DNA of 64,000 nt. Origin: Selaginella moellendorffii (lineage: Eukaryota > Plantae > Lycopodiophyta). The translations under genes were made by a program, and so were the position numbers. Under the pieces are notes generated by a model that saw nothing but the letters and a program-made list of their open reading frames with translations, was not told the origin of the DNA and did not search any database. The stretch is taken from contig NW_003314282.1 of assembly GCF_000143415.4 (NCBI RefSeq), forward strand, positions 1,941,374 through 2,005,373, read 5' to 3'. Below are positions 34,787 to 47,866 of this stretch, piece by piece (within the stretch, counting starts at the first letter, position 1; the number at the start of each line of letters is the position of its first letter).

Positions 34787-37707
34787 TCACGCCCGGACTT
34801 GCATGACTTTGTTCTGGAGCTCGAGCGTGTCGGTGTGGTGTGGATCCACAGACAAGGCGGCCCGGCAGTCGCGGAGTGCTGCCGCAACATCACCCACGCA
34901 TTCGTAAAAAGCTCCACGCAAGTGTAGTAACTGAAGGTCGGCCTTGAAGGCAATGGCTTTTGAAAGTTCTGCTATAGCTTCCTGTTCTCTGTGGTTATCC
35001 ATCAACACTGCACAGGTGGAACTGAAATACTGAGAAACCAAAGCCTGTGCGAAAAAGATGAGGCTAACCTGCGGCTCGATATCTGTATGGATAGGTACGA
35101 AGCGGATCAATTTTCGTCACCATATTCAAGTCTGAAATGCCAATGTCCCGTTCGCAGTACTCGGAGCGTTTCTCATAAGCCGAGGCCTTGTTGCATGCTT
35201 TTTCTATCAGCTTCGTCATCTCATCGTAGGCGGACTTCCTGTCACCTTGGAGGAAGTGCACTCGTGCGAGGCCCTGATGTGCTCGTGTGTGACGGATCTT
35301 GAGGGCACTTACGTAGCAATCAGCAGCCAAGTCGAACTTGCCACAATCGACGTAGACACTTCCCAAGTTGTTTAACGCCTGAAAAAGTTTGAAGAGTGAG
35401 CAAGCTTTCACGAGCTAAACATGGAAGGAGATAAGATATTACCTGACCCTTCCGGAGTCCATCTGATGGACATCTCAATGCTTCTTCTAAAAGGTTTATA
35501 ACCTTGGTTGACGATTCTGGATCCAGGCTAGTATCTGCCAACGCATAAGCTTTCAGGAAAAAGGCCTCAAACGACCGGTGAATGCTGATGGATTCTTCTG
35601 CTTTTTGCAAGGCTTCCTGCCGATGGCCGGTATCATATAAAATCCAGCCCTCGTACACTAGTCTTTCAGGAACGCTCGTCGTATGCTCCCGCGCAAGTCT
35701 CAAGCTCCGCATTGCAGCTTTCGGACAGCTTAATCTGTGCAACAGGCAGAGGGTGTGAGTCCCATAGAGCACAAGAAACATCGATAAAAATTACCTGAGC
35801 AGGAGAAGTGATTGCCTGAAGTAAAGAAGGCCTTTTCCAGGATCCGTTTCCAGCATTTGATGAACAACCGCAAGCGAGCCAATATCATCGACAGAAGACC
35901 ACCTGTCATATAGCTGCATCCAGCAGTCTGCCTTTGTCCATTGGTCGACATGCTCGCTCAAGAGCACCAAAAGTTGCGCTGCGCTAACACGACCAGTGTA
36001 CATCATATAAGCTGGATCGAGAGTCAAAAGAGCTCGAATATCTCGCACTGCTCCGTCGTAGTCTTGCAGTGCAAGGCAGAAATAAATTCGTAGCTCTAAG
36101 CAATCAGGAGTCACCTTGAAGCATAAAACCCGATTGATCTCTGCTATAGCTTCCACCACTTTGTGATCGTCCATCAAGGCAGCAGCTCGGTACTTGTAAG
36201 GATATGTCAGTGTCGGATCGAGGTCGGTTGCCTTGTCGAGATCGGCCATCTTCATTTTCCCGCTGCCGTATAGAGATCTTTCCTGGTACATCCAGCCACA
36301 AGCCTTGTAGCAAGTTATCAAGCAGGTAGTCTCTTTGAAAGCAGCCTGTTTGTCCCCACACTTCAACTTTACTCTGGCGATCCCAGCGCAAGAGTAGGCA
36401 TGGCCTTCTTCAGCAGCCGCTTGGAAGAACTCGAGTGCTTCCTTGTATTGTTTCCTGGCCAGCATCACGCAGCCTTGCTGGTGATACACTAGAGCTCTCT
36501 GCCGAAATGACGACGCACAATCCCTGAGCTGACAGAGAAGGCTGGCGGAGAGTTGAGAGCTGATATCGTCTTCCATAGCCACCTGGCTCAGTAGAGCGTA
36601 CAACGCAAAAGACGAGTGCCCCACTGCGATAAATCTCTTCCTAGACTCCGCGTTGCAGAAATGTTTCGAGACGTTCGGATTCCGCAAAGATAAAGGCAGC
36701 TCCCTTAGAAAAACTTGCAAGCATGTAGCAACAAGTACCTGTGCAGTTTCCTCCAATCCATAGTCGACGAACGCTATAGCATCGTCCAGGTTGTGTATAA
36801 GAGCTGCTAAGCTTTGGTCGCAAGCAACTTTCATCCTCTCGCAAAAAAACCTGTTTGAAAACGACAGAACTTCCAAAATAATCTTAGGCGGCAGTCGACC
36901 CAGCGTCCCTGTCTTGCTGAAAGTATCCACCACTTTCATCCCCGCAACCGAAATGCCATTCTCGGAAAACTGAATGGCACGAGTCTGAGATTCCGTGAAG
37001 CAGCCATTTAGCATTGCGTAAAACGGGGCTGATAACGCTGCAATCTTTTGCCTGTTGCAGTGGACCCGCTCTGATCCGAAGAGAAAAACGATATCGTCGT
37101 CATCTGAGCCAGACGTTGAGCAAGCTTGCAGCAGATCATCCGCACCCTCCAGTTGTGGAAGATCTAGCTTGCCAACGCCGCAGCAGTCGGCTGACTTGCT
37201 ATCCAGCTCTTCCTCTCGCCTTTCATACTTTAACCATGACGCGTACACAAGCTTCTCGTGAGTTGACGTCGCGTGCTGCCAGGCTGATCGGAGGCTTCGC
37301 CGGAGCAGTTTGAGCTCACCCAAGCCTCTGAAAACAAACGACTGCTCCAAGTAGAGTCTGGACTTGTCATGGTCGGGCGAAACTTCTAGCTCTTGGTGGA
37401 CTTGGCCGAGAGTGTCGACGTAGTCTACGGGCTTGTAATACGGTTGAATGGGAGGATCCGCTAACTGAGAAACGGACAGTCTGGAAAACGAAAAAAGAAT
37501 CAGATAGGCAGAACAAGCAAGGGAAAATTCTATCTTTTTTTTTTTCCTTAGTGCGTTGCTTGCTTACCCGCTATATGAACAGGACTCTCCATCCGCCTTA
37601 GAGCCGGCCTTGAGAGGCAATCTGGGGTCGAATGTGGCCTTATCCACGCAAACATCCGCATGGACCTGGCTGCTCCGGCAGGAATCCATAATACCCAGGG
37701 ATCTCAT
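34787..37707 (-). CDS. EOL1: ETO1/EOL-like BTB-TPR protein (ACC synthase-targeting adaptor family)
   Basis: MRSLGIMDSCRSSQVHA, PPIQPYYKPVDYV, WLKYERREEEL, BTB CNRQKIAALSAPFYAMLNGCF, DCWMQLYDRWSSVDDIGSLAVVHQML, ALNNLGSVYVD. Confidence 0.88.
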
Positions 37708-38262
37708 CACTCAGCGAAACACTACATTTCTCTTCGCTATGGTTTCTTCCAAGCGCGGGCGATTAGCGAGAATATCAATCGCCTGCGCACTCACACCAAA
37801 ATCCAGCGCATTCCCCTGCGAATTACCTCACAATCGCGCGCGCGCTCGATTTCATTGCTCTAATTGCTGGCGGTGCCAGAACCCGGTGATCTGTGACGCG
37901 CTGCCGGCGCTCCGCGATCTAGTCGATCGATCAGCGCCACAGAAAACCCTAGAAACCAAACGGACAGCAACAGCGTAACCTAGTCTACAAATTTACTGCA
38001 ACGGGTCAAACAATGATGGACACACCCAGATATCACCACTTGTCTGACACGATTCGAACCATGGACAGGAGGAGGACTATCCCAAACGATTCTATTTTTC
38101 GTGAGATCACGATCATCTAATATCCTATCTTCTCACGCGGAGAAACAAACTTATTCTTTCGCTCCATTTAGTTTTGTTTGAGTTTTAAGCAGAGTTCTAT
38201 GCTGCCATTGGAAAATCTTTCATTTTCCTTGTTTTTTTTTTTCCTTTTGTTCTTCTTTAAGT

Positions 38263-40623
38263 TTATGATGATCTTCTCAAGTAGACGATAAGGCCGACAC
38301 CAACAACAGCGGCCGAGCAAGCTAATATTGCCGCTGTTGCTGTGTGATTTCCACTCCATACAGTTTCTAGCTTCATTTGTTGCGATGGACTTCCCTCGAG
38401 AATCCGTTCCAAGTTCCTTGGAGTAGTAGCGTTCGCCCGTTCGTCTGGGTAGTCTACGTGAAGCTTGAGACCCTGGAGTCGAGGACGATTTAACACGAAG
38501 GTTTTCCAGCTTCGAATCTTCTTCTTACCTTCAAGCCAGTTGCCTTCGCAAAATTGACAGCCGCAACAAGGTCGCCGTCGCTAGACAGAAGCACCCGATC
38601 CCGTTCATCGTCCTCGTACTGGAAAAAGGCACTAAACGGTTTATGCTTGCTGTTTTAGCTAGAAAGAAAAGTACCAGGATTTGAGGAGGCTTGTTCCGAT
38701 CTATATCATCTCCAAGACGTTGGACTACCGCAGATACAAGCTCCGTAAGGCTCTCCGTACCTAAAGTTTACAGCCAATAGTCAAACAGCTTAATAAATCC
38801 GGACGCTCGCAAAACGTACCGCAGTTGAATCTATGGACCCGCCCGTTCCTGTCCTTAAGTTTAAAGCCAAAGACGTTACCGGGTCCACCGGATGGATATC
38901 CCAGCCTTCCAACTTCGGTGTGGAATGCTTCCGACGTAAGCGTTGCAGATAGATTACTGACCCCAAGCTTCTCGTTAGACAACAAACGGAAGCCAAATGG
39001 AAATGAGACCTTTGCGTGTCGTCGTCGTCTTCTGGTGCGTCCAGCGCGAATGCCGAATCCCAAAACTTTTGCATCATTGTGCTTCCGGTTTCACTTGGTG
39101 TGCCACCTCCAACGTTTCCAACCTTGAGAAAATGGTTAGATTGAAATCCATCAAACTAGAGTTCCTAGACGACATACCGTAGCCACAGCACCGTGAGTAA
39201 GTTGAAGCACATCGAGGCATGCAACAATGCAGTTTTCTTATCTCAAAACAAACAAAAATCAGAATGTATGTGAAAACCGGAGATTCGTAACGTACCCTGA
39301 TCTACCACTGGAAGGTGAAGAAACTTCCCGTCGTGCATGGTATGGAGTGCATCTACAATGGTTGTTTCCAGTGTAACGCATTCAGGATTTGGAGTCATGA
39401 CCTGAAATCCAGTAAAACTGAAGTACAGGCTTTCGTTGAAGATTATAAGAGATTACCTTATCGACTGTGGTCGAATCGGGAGCAAGATTTGACGCAACAA
39501 CACGCATGAGAACATCCTTCGAGCTAAGAAAAGTAGAGGAGGTTAGAGATCCGTAAGGAAAAGACATTTTACTTACGTCAAGATCCCCTGCGGCTTATTG
39601 TTGATCGTGATGATTACAGAGTTCACGCGAAACTCGCGCATCTTTCTAGTTGCTGTCAACACGGTGTCGGAAGGAGACACAGTAGCTACTCTGGACATTC
39701 ATAGCAAATAAATAAGACGAAAACAAATCGCAGATATACTGACTTCGTGTTCTCGTTAATCAGCGTTGACAACGTTGGCCGAAACATTCTTTCGCGCAGT
39801 GTATCTATGAAAGTTGAAGAGCCTGCCGAGAATCCACCGCGTCAATAGGATAAAACACAAGAAAAAAGAAAAGAAAAACCTCAGACTTACTATTGAGCGT
39901 GTTTCCCCACTGTCGTTCAACGTCCTGGACAGCCGCAGCTATCGCATTTCCTTTCTCTGCTGCTTTCTCCATTCTCGCAATCGCATCATACAAGCATTTT
40001 GTTATATCCAGCAGTGCAATGACTTCGCCATTCTCCACGACTGGAAGGTGTCTAAATTTCCCTGCAGAGAAATGGAGGTTTGGGAATCTCACGAAGGCTT
40101 TCAAAGTTGTAGAATACCTTGGACCATCTTTTGCAAAGCGTCCACAGCAAGCGCGTCGCTCATGACAAAGACGGGATTTTTAGTCATGACTTTCGAAACC
40201 AGTGTTTCATCGGGCCTAAGGTTCTCAGCTATCACTCTAGTGGCTACATCCTGCCGATGTCAAAAGAGAAAAACTATAAAAAGAGAAAAAGAAGAGACAC
40301 CACTTACTTTGTCCGTGATAATCCCGCAAAGCATTGCAGTGGAATCCGTGAGCAACGCAGCATCCACTCGCCTGGTGACCATCCGCCGGCAAGCATCGGC
40401 TACAGTGGTTCCATCGGGAATAGTCAGGGCTTTGGAAAGCCTCAGCTTCTTGACGGTTCTCTCGCCTCCGGAGCTGGTGGATTCCTATAACTGAAGAGAG
40501 TTTGAGAGAAAAGGACGAGAACTTACGATTTCGTCTTCCGAAGGCTCCCATTCTCCGAGATTGGCTTCTTCTTCGCAGCCGGTGGGCGCTTGGAGGATTT
40601 ACTGCCAGCTCCTGCCGATCCAT
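38263..40623 (-). CDS. CBS-domain / PB1 / C-terminal TM protein (CBSCBSPB family)
   Basis: ERTVKKLRLSKALTIP, GKFRHLPVVENGEVIALLDITKCLYDAI, MMQKFWDSA, FGFKLKDRNGRVHRFNC, YEDDERDRVLLSSD, and a C-terminal TM. Confidence 0.9.
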
Positions 40624-41049
40624 GGCTGCTCATCCTGGGATTTCGACCGGCTCGATCTAGGCGCCGCGACGCAAGTCAACAAGGCGCATGACCTAAAACC
40701 CAAAACCAGCGGAGTATTGAGAAATACTGAGAGGTGGATAAACGTAGCTCTGGCCACAAGATTCCGGAATCACGCGCGATGATTCGTGGCCACGTCGCGA
40801 CATGCAACCACTCATTCTCAAACCATACGACTTGACCGTTGACTACTATGTCAAATGGTGAGATTCTAATAAACCTTTTCAAATAATAATGTTATCAAAT
40901 ATTTCTTCATATTCAATTATAATGCAAATTCAAATTTAAAAACATTCAAAATTAAATCTATAAATGCTCTTGTGTTTAAGACTTTAGTATTTTAAAATAT
41001 TATTTTTAATGTGGCAAAAATGAAAGCTCTAAGAGATGGTGTGGCAAAG

Positions 41050-42320
41050 TAGTCAAATAATAGAGCCATAGACAGCTTTAGTACAAATTATGAATAAATG
41101 GAACTTAAAGTTTACGGTGGGATAAAATAAAAGAGAGGATAATGGTGTCTTCAAGTAAAGGAGGAAATTAACTCAAGAAATGAATATCAAAGTTCTAAAG
41201 TATGATGGTTATATTGATAGAGGCTGAGACTACTCTAGAATGAGTAGTAAAATTGAGATAGAGAAGTGTCTCTAATAAGTTTAATGAGAACTAAATGAAC
41301 AAAGAGAACCACCATATGTGATTTAATGAGACTTTATGTTAGAGAGATTATGCTCTTTAAAGAATGGGCAAAACATGGTGAGCCTTTAGTGTCAAACCAT
41401 TAACGAATATTAACTTGGTGCTAAGGATGAAAATGGTAATTTATGATGAGGTTACTTTATAAAATAGTTTGTTATTCAATAAAGATATTAAACGTCATTT
41501 ATGGGTGGTGGAATTATAAGACACAAATCCCTAAGCCTCAAAGTGGAGCCACACATGGAAGTAGTTGAAACAAATGTTTAACATATGTAACACATTTGAA
41601 CTAAAAGTTTTAATTCAGAAAGTTGAGAGTGAAGGTTCCAAAAGTACAATATAGAAAGTGTGGGGGTTAGATATGTTGTCAAAGATTCCATTGCATTGGG
41701 GAAGGATTATTTGATGTGGCCAATTTTGCATGCCACATCATGGCCATGTAATCAAAGCAAATCCATTGAGAAGAACATCTTGGGAAATCTTTCATTAAGC
41801 AATCCTAGCAAGAATATATATTGAAATAGTTATTGAAGGATTACAAACTCAAACAGGAATGTAATCCAGTGTAATAATTTGGTTATTCCACAATAAGGAA
41901 TGTTCTTGTTAGGAACTCCCTAGTTCAATGGATTGCTTTGAGCTATTGGATTAAGGATTTGGTAGAATATGCCTTCTCAATCCAATTGTTGTATATACCA
42001 TGCATAAGATGGCCAAATATCTTATAAAAGTTGTACTGGCCCAAAAGAAAAAATATGAGAGATTGTACTAAATATTTTTCATTCCATATTCATTCTTAAT
42101 TTTATATATGTGATGATGTAGTGAGATTTGGAAATATTGTCATTATAAATCCTTAATTTTAAGGAATAAACGGTCAAATAATTACCCTCTTTTTTGTAGT
42201 TAGCTTAAAAAGAGAGAGTTGGAGTGCATTTCAAAAAGTAAGTAATATGCAAATATTCAAAGGGATAATTACAAAGTATATGAACTTTCAGCATTCAGAT
42301 TAGGATGGTTATTTGCCATC
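41050..42320 (+). mobile_element. Very decayed retrotransposon-like remnant, including a short integrase fragment of the local gypsy family at about 42255-42320
   Basis: AT-rich with no ORFs. 42256-42320 TTCAAAGGGATAATTACAAAGTATATGAACTTTCAGCATTCAGATTAGGATGGTTATTTGCC matches FKGMIVKYVNFQHSDWDGYLP of the intact element. The rest is only suggestive. Confidence 0.45.
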
Positions 42321-42858
42321 AGCTCACATGCAACTATATAGTGAGTGGCACTGTAAGTAATTACCATACATGAGAGAGAGATAAATAAGGGGGATAAACC
42401 TCAAAATCATATTTAGTATAATTGTATTGCAACTAAACTAAAGATGAGGTGAAAATTTTAATTTACCACTATATATAATAATTAAAGCTCAATCTTAAAA
42501 TCACACACAATTAGATCTTATACATGCATATGTATAGTCATTGTTATAGAGAATTAAAATTGGCTTTGCTATATAACACAAACATGGATGGCAATGTGTG
42601 GTACACTAAGCAATAAAAGACAAATTCAAACTTATATCAACAAATAGAAAAGGGATATTTTGGTATAAAAATGAGTTTAGAAAGGGTTATTTATTATAAT
42701 TTTCTTTTATTTAGTCTGAGTCCCAATAAATTTAAAATTCTCCAATCCTATGTTACATATTATTAAAAAAATCTCTCTTAATTTAATTAGAATTGATAAT
42801 ACTTAATTGGATTTTATTATTGTTTTAGTTTAAATATAGACCTGAAAAAAATATAATT

Positions 42859-45800
42859 TGTGAGTGCATGGAATATGGAAAGAGAATACAAAAATGTGCA
42901 TATCAATTAGCCCAGAAACCCTAGCTTATATACAGGAGCGAGTGGTCCAGATTAAAACTAATCCGACGGCTACCAAAATCCCACTACGCTAATATTAGTA
43001 TACAGCATCGTAGCCATACACTTGGCCCTCACATCATCCCCTCCTCTCGGAATAATGGAAGGCCGTCAGGGTTCTCTTGTAGATGGGCCGGGATATGGAG
43101 GAACGTCAAGAGGAGGCATCGGTGGATCTGTAAATGGTATTAACTGCTCCTGATCCCTTTGTATGAAGCGTTTTAACCACTGCACATGCACAATCTCCGG
43201 AGGATCGGCCTGCTGAACGTCATGCCGAACCTCATAAACTTGTGGTCCAACATGCCGCAACACCCGATACGGTCCTTTCCACTGCGCAAGGAGCCCCTTA
43301 GATAAACCACATACCGTAAGATGGGGAAAACAGACTAACACCAAATCATCCACTTTGTACTCTGCAGGTGGACGATGATGGGAATTGTAGTGCCGTTGTT
43401 GTCCCACTTGTACGCGGCCTAAGTGTTCAGCAGACTCTGCTCGGACAAGTGGAAGAATGCTTGTCAAATATTGATCCCATGACCTAACATCAGGAGCTCG
43501 TGGCAATCGCGAAGGTAAACCCAGCTCCATTGGTAATATTGGATCATGACCATATAAAAGTTTATATGGTGAAGCACCAACAGAACTCTGCACCCCTGTG
43601 ACATAGGCATACCGAAGAGACGGCAAATAACCATCCCAATCTGAATGCTGAAAGTTCACATACTTCACAATCATCCCTTTGAATGTCCGAACGAGCCGTT
43701 CCACCAGACCGTCTGATTGTGGATGATAAGCACTCGTAAAAGTGTGGCGTATCCCCAACCGAGATGTCAAAACATGAAATACCTCAACCATAAATGCAGG
43801 ACCATTATCCGAAAGAATCTGCTCTAGACAAGAATGCTAGAACACCACTCGATTGAGGAGGAAATATCCAACAGCAGTTGCAAAGGCACTAGCAAGAGCA
43901 CCAACTTCCACCCAACGAGTCAAGTAGTCAGAAGCAATAATAACATACTCATTGCCAGCAGTCGATCGTGGAAAAGGTCCCATAAGATCAAACGCCACCA
44001 ACTCAAATGGACGGGAAACTGCAATTGACTCCAACCGTCCTTCCGCAGCACAAGGGGGAGTATTACGAGTTTGGCACCAAATGCAGCTACGCACATACCA
44101 GATAATATCACGTCGCATCTCTAGCCAATAGAAAGACCTGTGCAGCTTCTCGGTGACACGACGGTGTCCCATATGCCCACCTAAAACAGGAGAATCATGG
44201 TAGGCATGGAGAAACCGCGGAATAAACACCGAAGGCACCACCAGCCGTAAATGATCATCAGGATCCGTCCCTACAAAATAAAGGTCATCTTCAAGGCAAT
44301 ATTGAGAATGTAAATGCCGGAAAGGCAAGTCATCAGCAAGTGATCCAGGATTCTCAAACCCATCTCGAAGCCTTCGAATCCACGGCTCAATCTTTTGAGC
44401 CTCGCGAACCTCATCAAGAGAAGGTAGATCTTGCTCTGTGCCCTGTGGACACTGAACGTCAAGGACAGCAACTGCCGACGGCACAAAATCCTCATCTGGA
44501 AAATCCACAGATGTTGGAACAACAGGTTCGTCAGAAACATGAGAAGTGAGTGGAGAAGGAAGAGGAACTCGAGAAAGGGCATCAGCATCAGCCATAGAAC
44601 TCCCTGGGCGATGAACAACATCAAAATCATATATCTAAAGCTTCAAAGCCCATCGAGCCGTACGACCAACCAGGTTCTTCTGCTTCAATAATGAAGTAAC
44701 AACAGCATGGTCACCTTCAAGTAACGTCCGAGAACCATGTAGATATGCATAAAGTTTCTCGAAACCCCAGACTGCTGCTAAACACTCCTTCTCTATCGTG
44801 GAGTAGTTCATCTCCGTTGGTTGTAATGTACAGCTTATGTATGCAATGGGATGGCACTGACCAGGCACACTCGAGCTCTCTTGCATCAATACACCTCCAA
44901 GACCAATGTCAGAAGCATCCACGCGCAAAATAAAAGGTCAAGTGTAGTCAGGATATGCCAAAATTGGAGGAGTCGTTAATAGCTCTTTGAGATTCATGAA
45001 TGCCCGCTCACAATCCGGAGACCAGATGAAAGATGACGTTGATGACTTTAGCAACGCTCACAATGGTGTAGTGCGATCGGAAAGATGATCCACAAAACAA
45101 CCGAGATACTGCACCTTACCCAAAAAACGCTGCACATCATTCACACACTTCGGAGTAGGGAACTTTAGAACAGCCACAAGTTTGTCAGGATCAACTTGCA
45201 AACCCTCACGAGAAATACGGTACCCAAGATAAGTTGTGTCCTTGGACCTAAACACGCACTTTGACCGCTTCAGCTTTAAACCAACGTCGCGTAGCTGATC
45301 CAACACTTTACAAACATCACGAACATGCTCCTCCCACGTCCCCTCCGAGTGGATCAAGACATCATCAATGAAGTCAGCCGTCACCTCTGACATATCGCAA
45401 AGAACCTCGTCCATCATCCGCTGAAAAGTTGCTGGAGCATTGTTCAAACCAAACGGCATCACCAAGAACTCGTACAAACCAAATGGTGTACGAAAAGCAG
45501 TCTTAGAAATATCTTCTTCGGCCATCGGTACTTGCCAATACCCAGAAGCAAGATCTAGCTTGGTGAACCAACGACTTCGCCCCAGACGATCCAAGAGATC
45601 AGCAGTGTGAGGAAGAGGGTACACGTCCGGGATCGTCACTTCATTTAATGGACGATAGTCGATGTAGAAACGAATACTCCCATCAGGCTTCGTCACAAGA
45701 TGAGGTTCACATGCCCAAGGACTCCGCGATTTCCGAATAACACCCTTCTCCAACATCTCCTTGACGTTTGCACGTAAAATCTTGATCTCCTTGGGTGACT

Positions 45801-47866
45801 GACGACGAACAGGAACCATGATTGGATGAGCATCCCCGGTTGGAATGGGATGACGTGTGGCAATCTTGGCCCCAGACGATAGGTCAAAGTCAAAGAGATC
45901 AGAATACTCCTTCATGAGCTGGTCAACAGCTACAACACAAAGATCATCGGAGGGATCGGAAAAGGGAAGAGCAGAACAAGATGGAGACACAAGAGGAAAT
46001 AGTGGGGGAACAAAAGTAATGGAAGCAGAGGTAAAAGTAGAGGGACAAAGAGGTACGGAAGTGAGAGGAATGGATGAAACATAAGGAAGTATGAGACAAG
46101 GGGGAGAAGCCTCAAAGTCACACTTGGCATGATTGCGCTGCAACCAATCTATACCAAAAATGAGGTCAAAAGCTTGACTCGGCACCACCCGCAACAACTA
46201 CATCTCAAGCTCGAAATCGCCCACATGCACAACCAGGTCTACCTCATCTCGTGCACATGCATGTGTACGGCCGTTGCCATAAAGAATGAAAACTGGATCC
46301 GCCGCACGACGCAAATGTAGACGACAACATGTGGCAACAGGTCGAGCAATAGAAGATAAACTCGAACCTGTATCAACCAACACGGAGAGAAGAATAGGAG
46401 ACCTCTTGTTATAAAAACGAGCTTGGAGAGTAAACATTGGATGAACCGGTGCCGAGTGAACCCTTGATGATACTCCCAAAAGAAAGATAGAGGGGTCACT
46501 AACTTATTCGCGCAAGGTCCCTCCATTACTCGCGCGACTCCTCATTTCCCGAATGCACCTCGGTATCAAAACCTTCCACCGCAGCAGCACCAACGGGACG
46601 TTGCTGACGCCAAGGTCTCCACCCAGGAAATGGAGGTCGCCAATCCGGAAAGCACCGACAACGCCGATAAGTATGACCAACTTCATCACACGCCCAGCAA
46701 CGAACATCACGGCCATGACCACGTCCTCGCCCTTGTCCTTGGACTCGAGTAGCAGCAGCATCAACCTCCATGGGAACAGGACCATCACTCATAGGAAGTG
46801 GAGCTGAAGGACCTGTAGCAAGAAGTGGAAGAGGCGACGTCTCATAACGTTGTGCCAAATGAAGAGCATCGTCAAGAGTGGCAGGAGCAAGTGCATGCAC
46901 AAGTTCGACAAGATCTTGACGAAGTGCTGGCCACAACATTCCTAGCTTGATCCGCTCCGACATATTTGGCTCCACACGAAGCAAAAGATTTCGGAAACGA
47001 ATGCCAAATTGCATCACCGACTCAGATGGCCCTTGGCGAAGACGATGCAATTGTTGGAAGGCATCATCACAATCGTCAGCGTGTCCGAAGGCGCGTTTGA
47101 AGACATCCGGAAGAACACTCCAATCGCCACGAGTGGCTGCGCTCAATCCATTGTACCACTGCAATGCCATCCCTTGGAGACATGTGGGGAACTCACGCAA
47201 ACGTCGAGCATCATCCCAAGAATGATATGTGGCAATCACTGTGAAGTGATCGAACCAATGGTACACATCATCCCCAGGATTCCCACGAAAGAACTCCGGC
47301 CGAACACGAGGATTGGCACCAAGAGCAGAAGGAGTTGTACCATGTGCCGTGAACGCCGCCATCAACTGAGTTTAGTTGTTCAATTGCAAGCGCATAGCAT
47401 CAAGCAATTGAACCAACTGCTGCTCTAAAGTCAAAGGAGGAGATTGCGGATCGGCCATGAAGATGAATGAAAAAGAAAGAGCAAAAGAAGAGAAATGACA
47501 AAAAGCTGGAAAGAAATGGTAAATCTAGATAATGCAAAAAGCTAGATCTAAACCAAAATCCTGAAAGGAAAGAACAAAAGAAAGGAAATGGAAAAAGCTA
47601 GATCTAAACAATGCAAAAGCTAGATCTAAACCGAAATCCCAAATCCAAGCACTCCCCAGGGACAATCAAAGGTGCCCCTCATCTCCACCAATGTGAGTGC
47701 ATGGAATATGGAAAGAGAATACAGAAATGTGCATATCAATTAGCCCAGAAACCTTAACTTATATACAGGAGCGAGTGGTCCAGATTGAAACCAATCCGAC
47801 GGCTACCAAAATCCCACTACGCTAATATTAGTATACGGCATCGTAGCCGTACACTTGGCCTTCACA
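42859..47866 (-). mobile_element. Near full-length Ty3/gypsy LTR retrotransposon, 5008 bp (gag, PR, RT, RH, INT; no chromodomain seen; several stops and frameshifts)
   Basis: 175-bp TG..CA LTRs at 42859-43033 and 47692-47866, AATT on both flanks, PBS TGGTGGAGATGAGGGG, PPT GAGAGGAGGGGATGA. Gag CWACDEVGHTYRRC, PR VDTGS, RT KLDLASGYWQ..FIDD, RH VDASD, INT AYHPQSDGLVER, GPY module WKGPYRV. Confidence 0.95.

Noticed and set aside
46522-46528. TAATG stop-start reinitiation between gag and pol
   Set aside because: The overlap is real, but the slippery site plus pseudoknot explains the junction better, and that ATG frame does not reach the protease without an indel.
47520-47640. Short AAAAGCTAGATCTAAAC repeats
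   Set aside because: Ordinary tandem repeats in the retrotransposon 5' leader.
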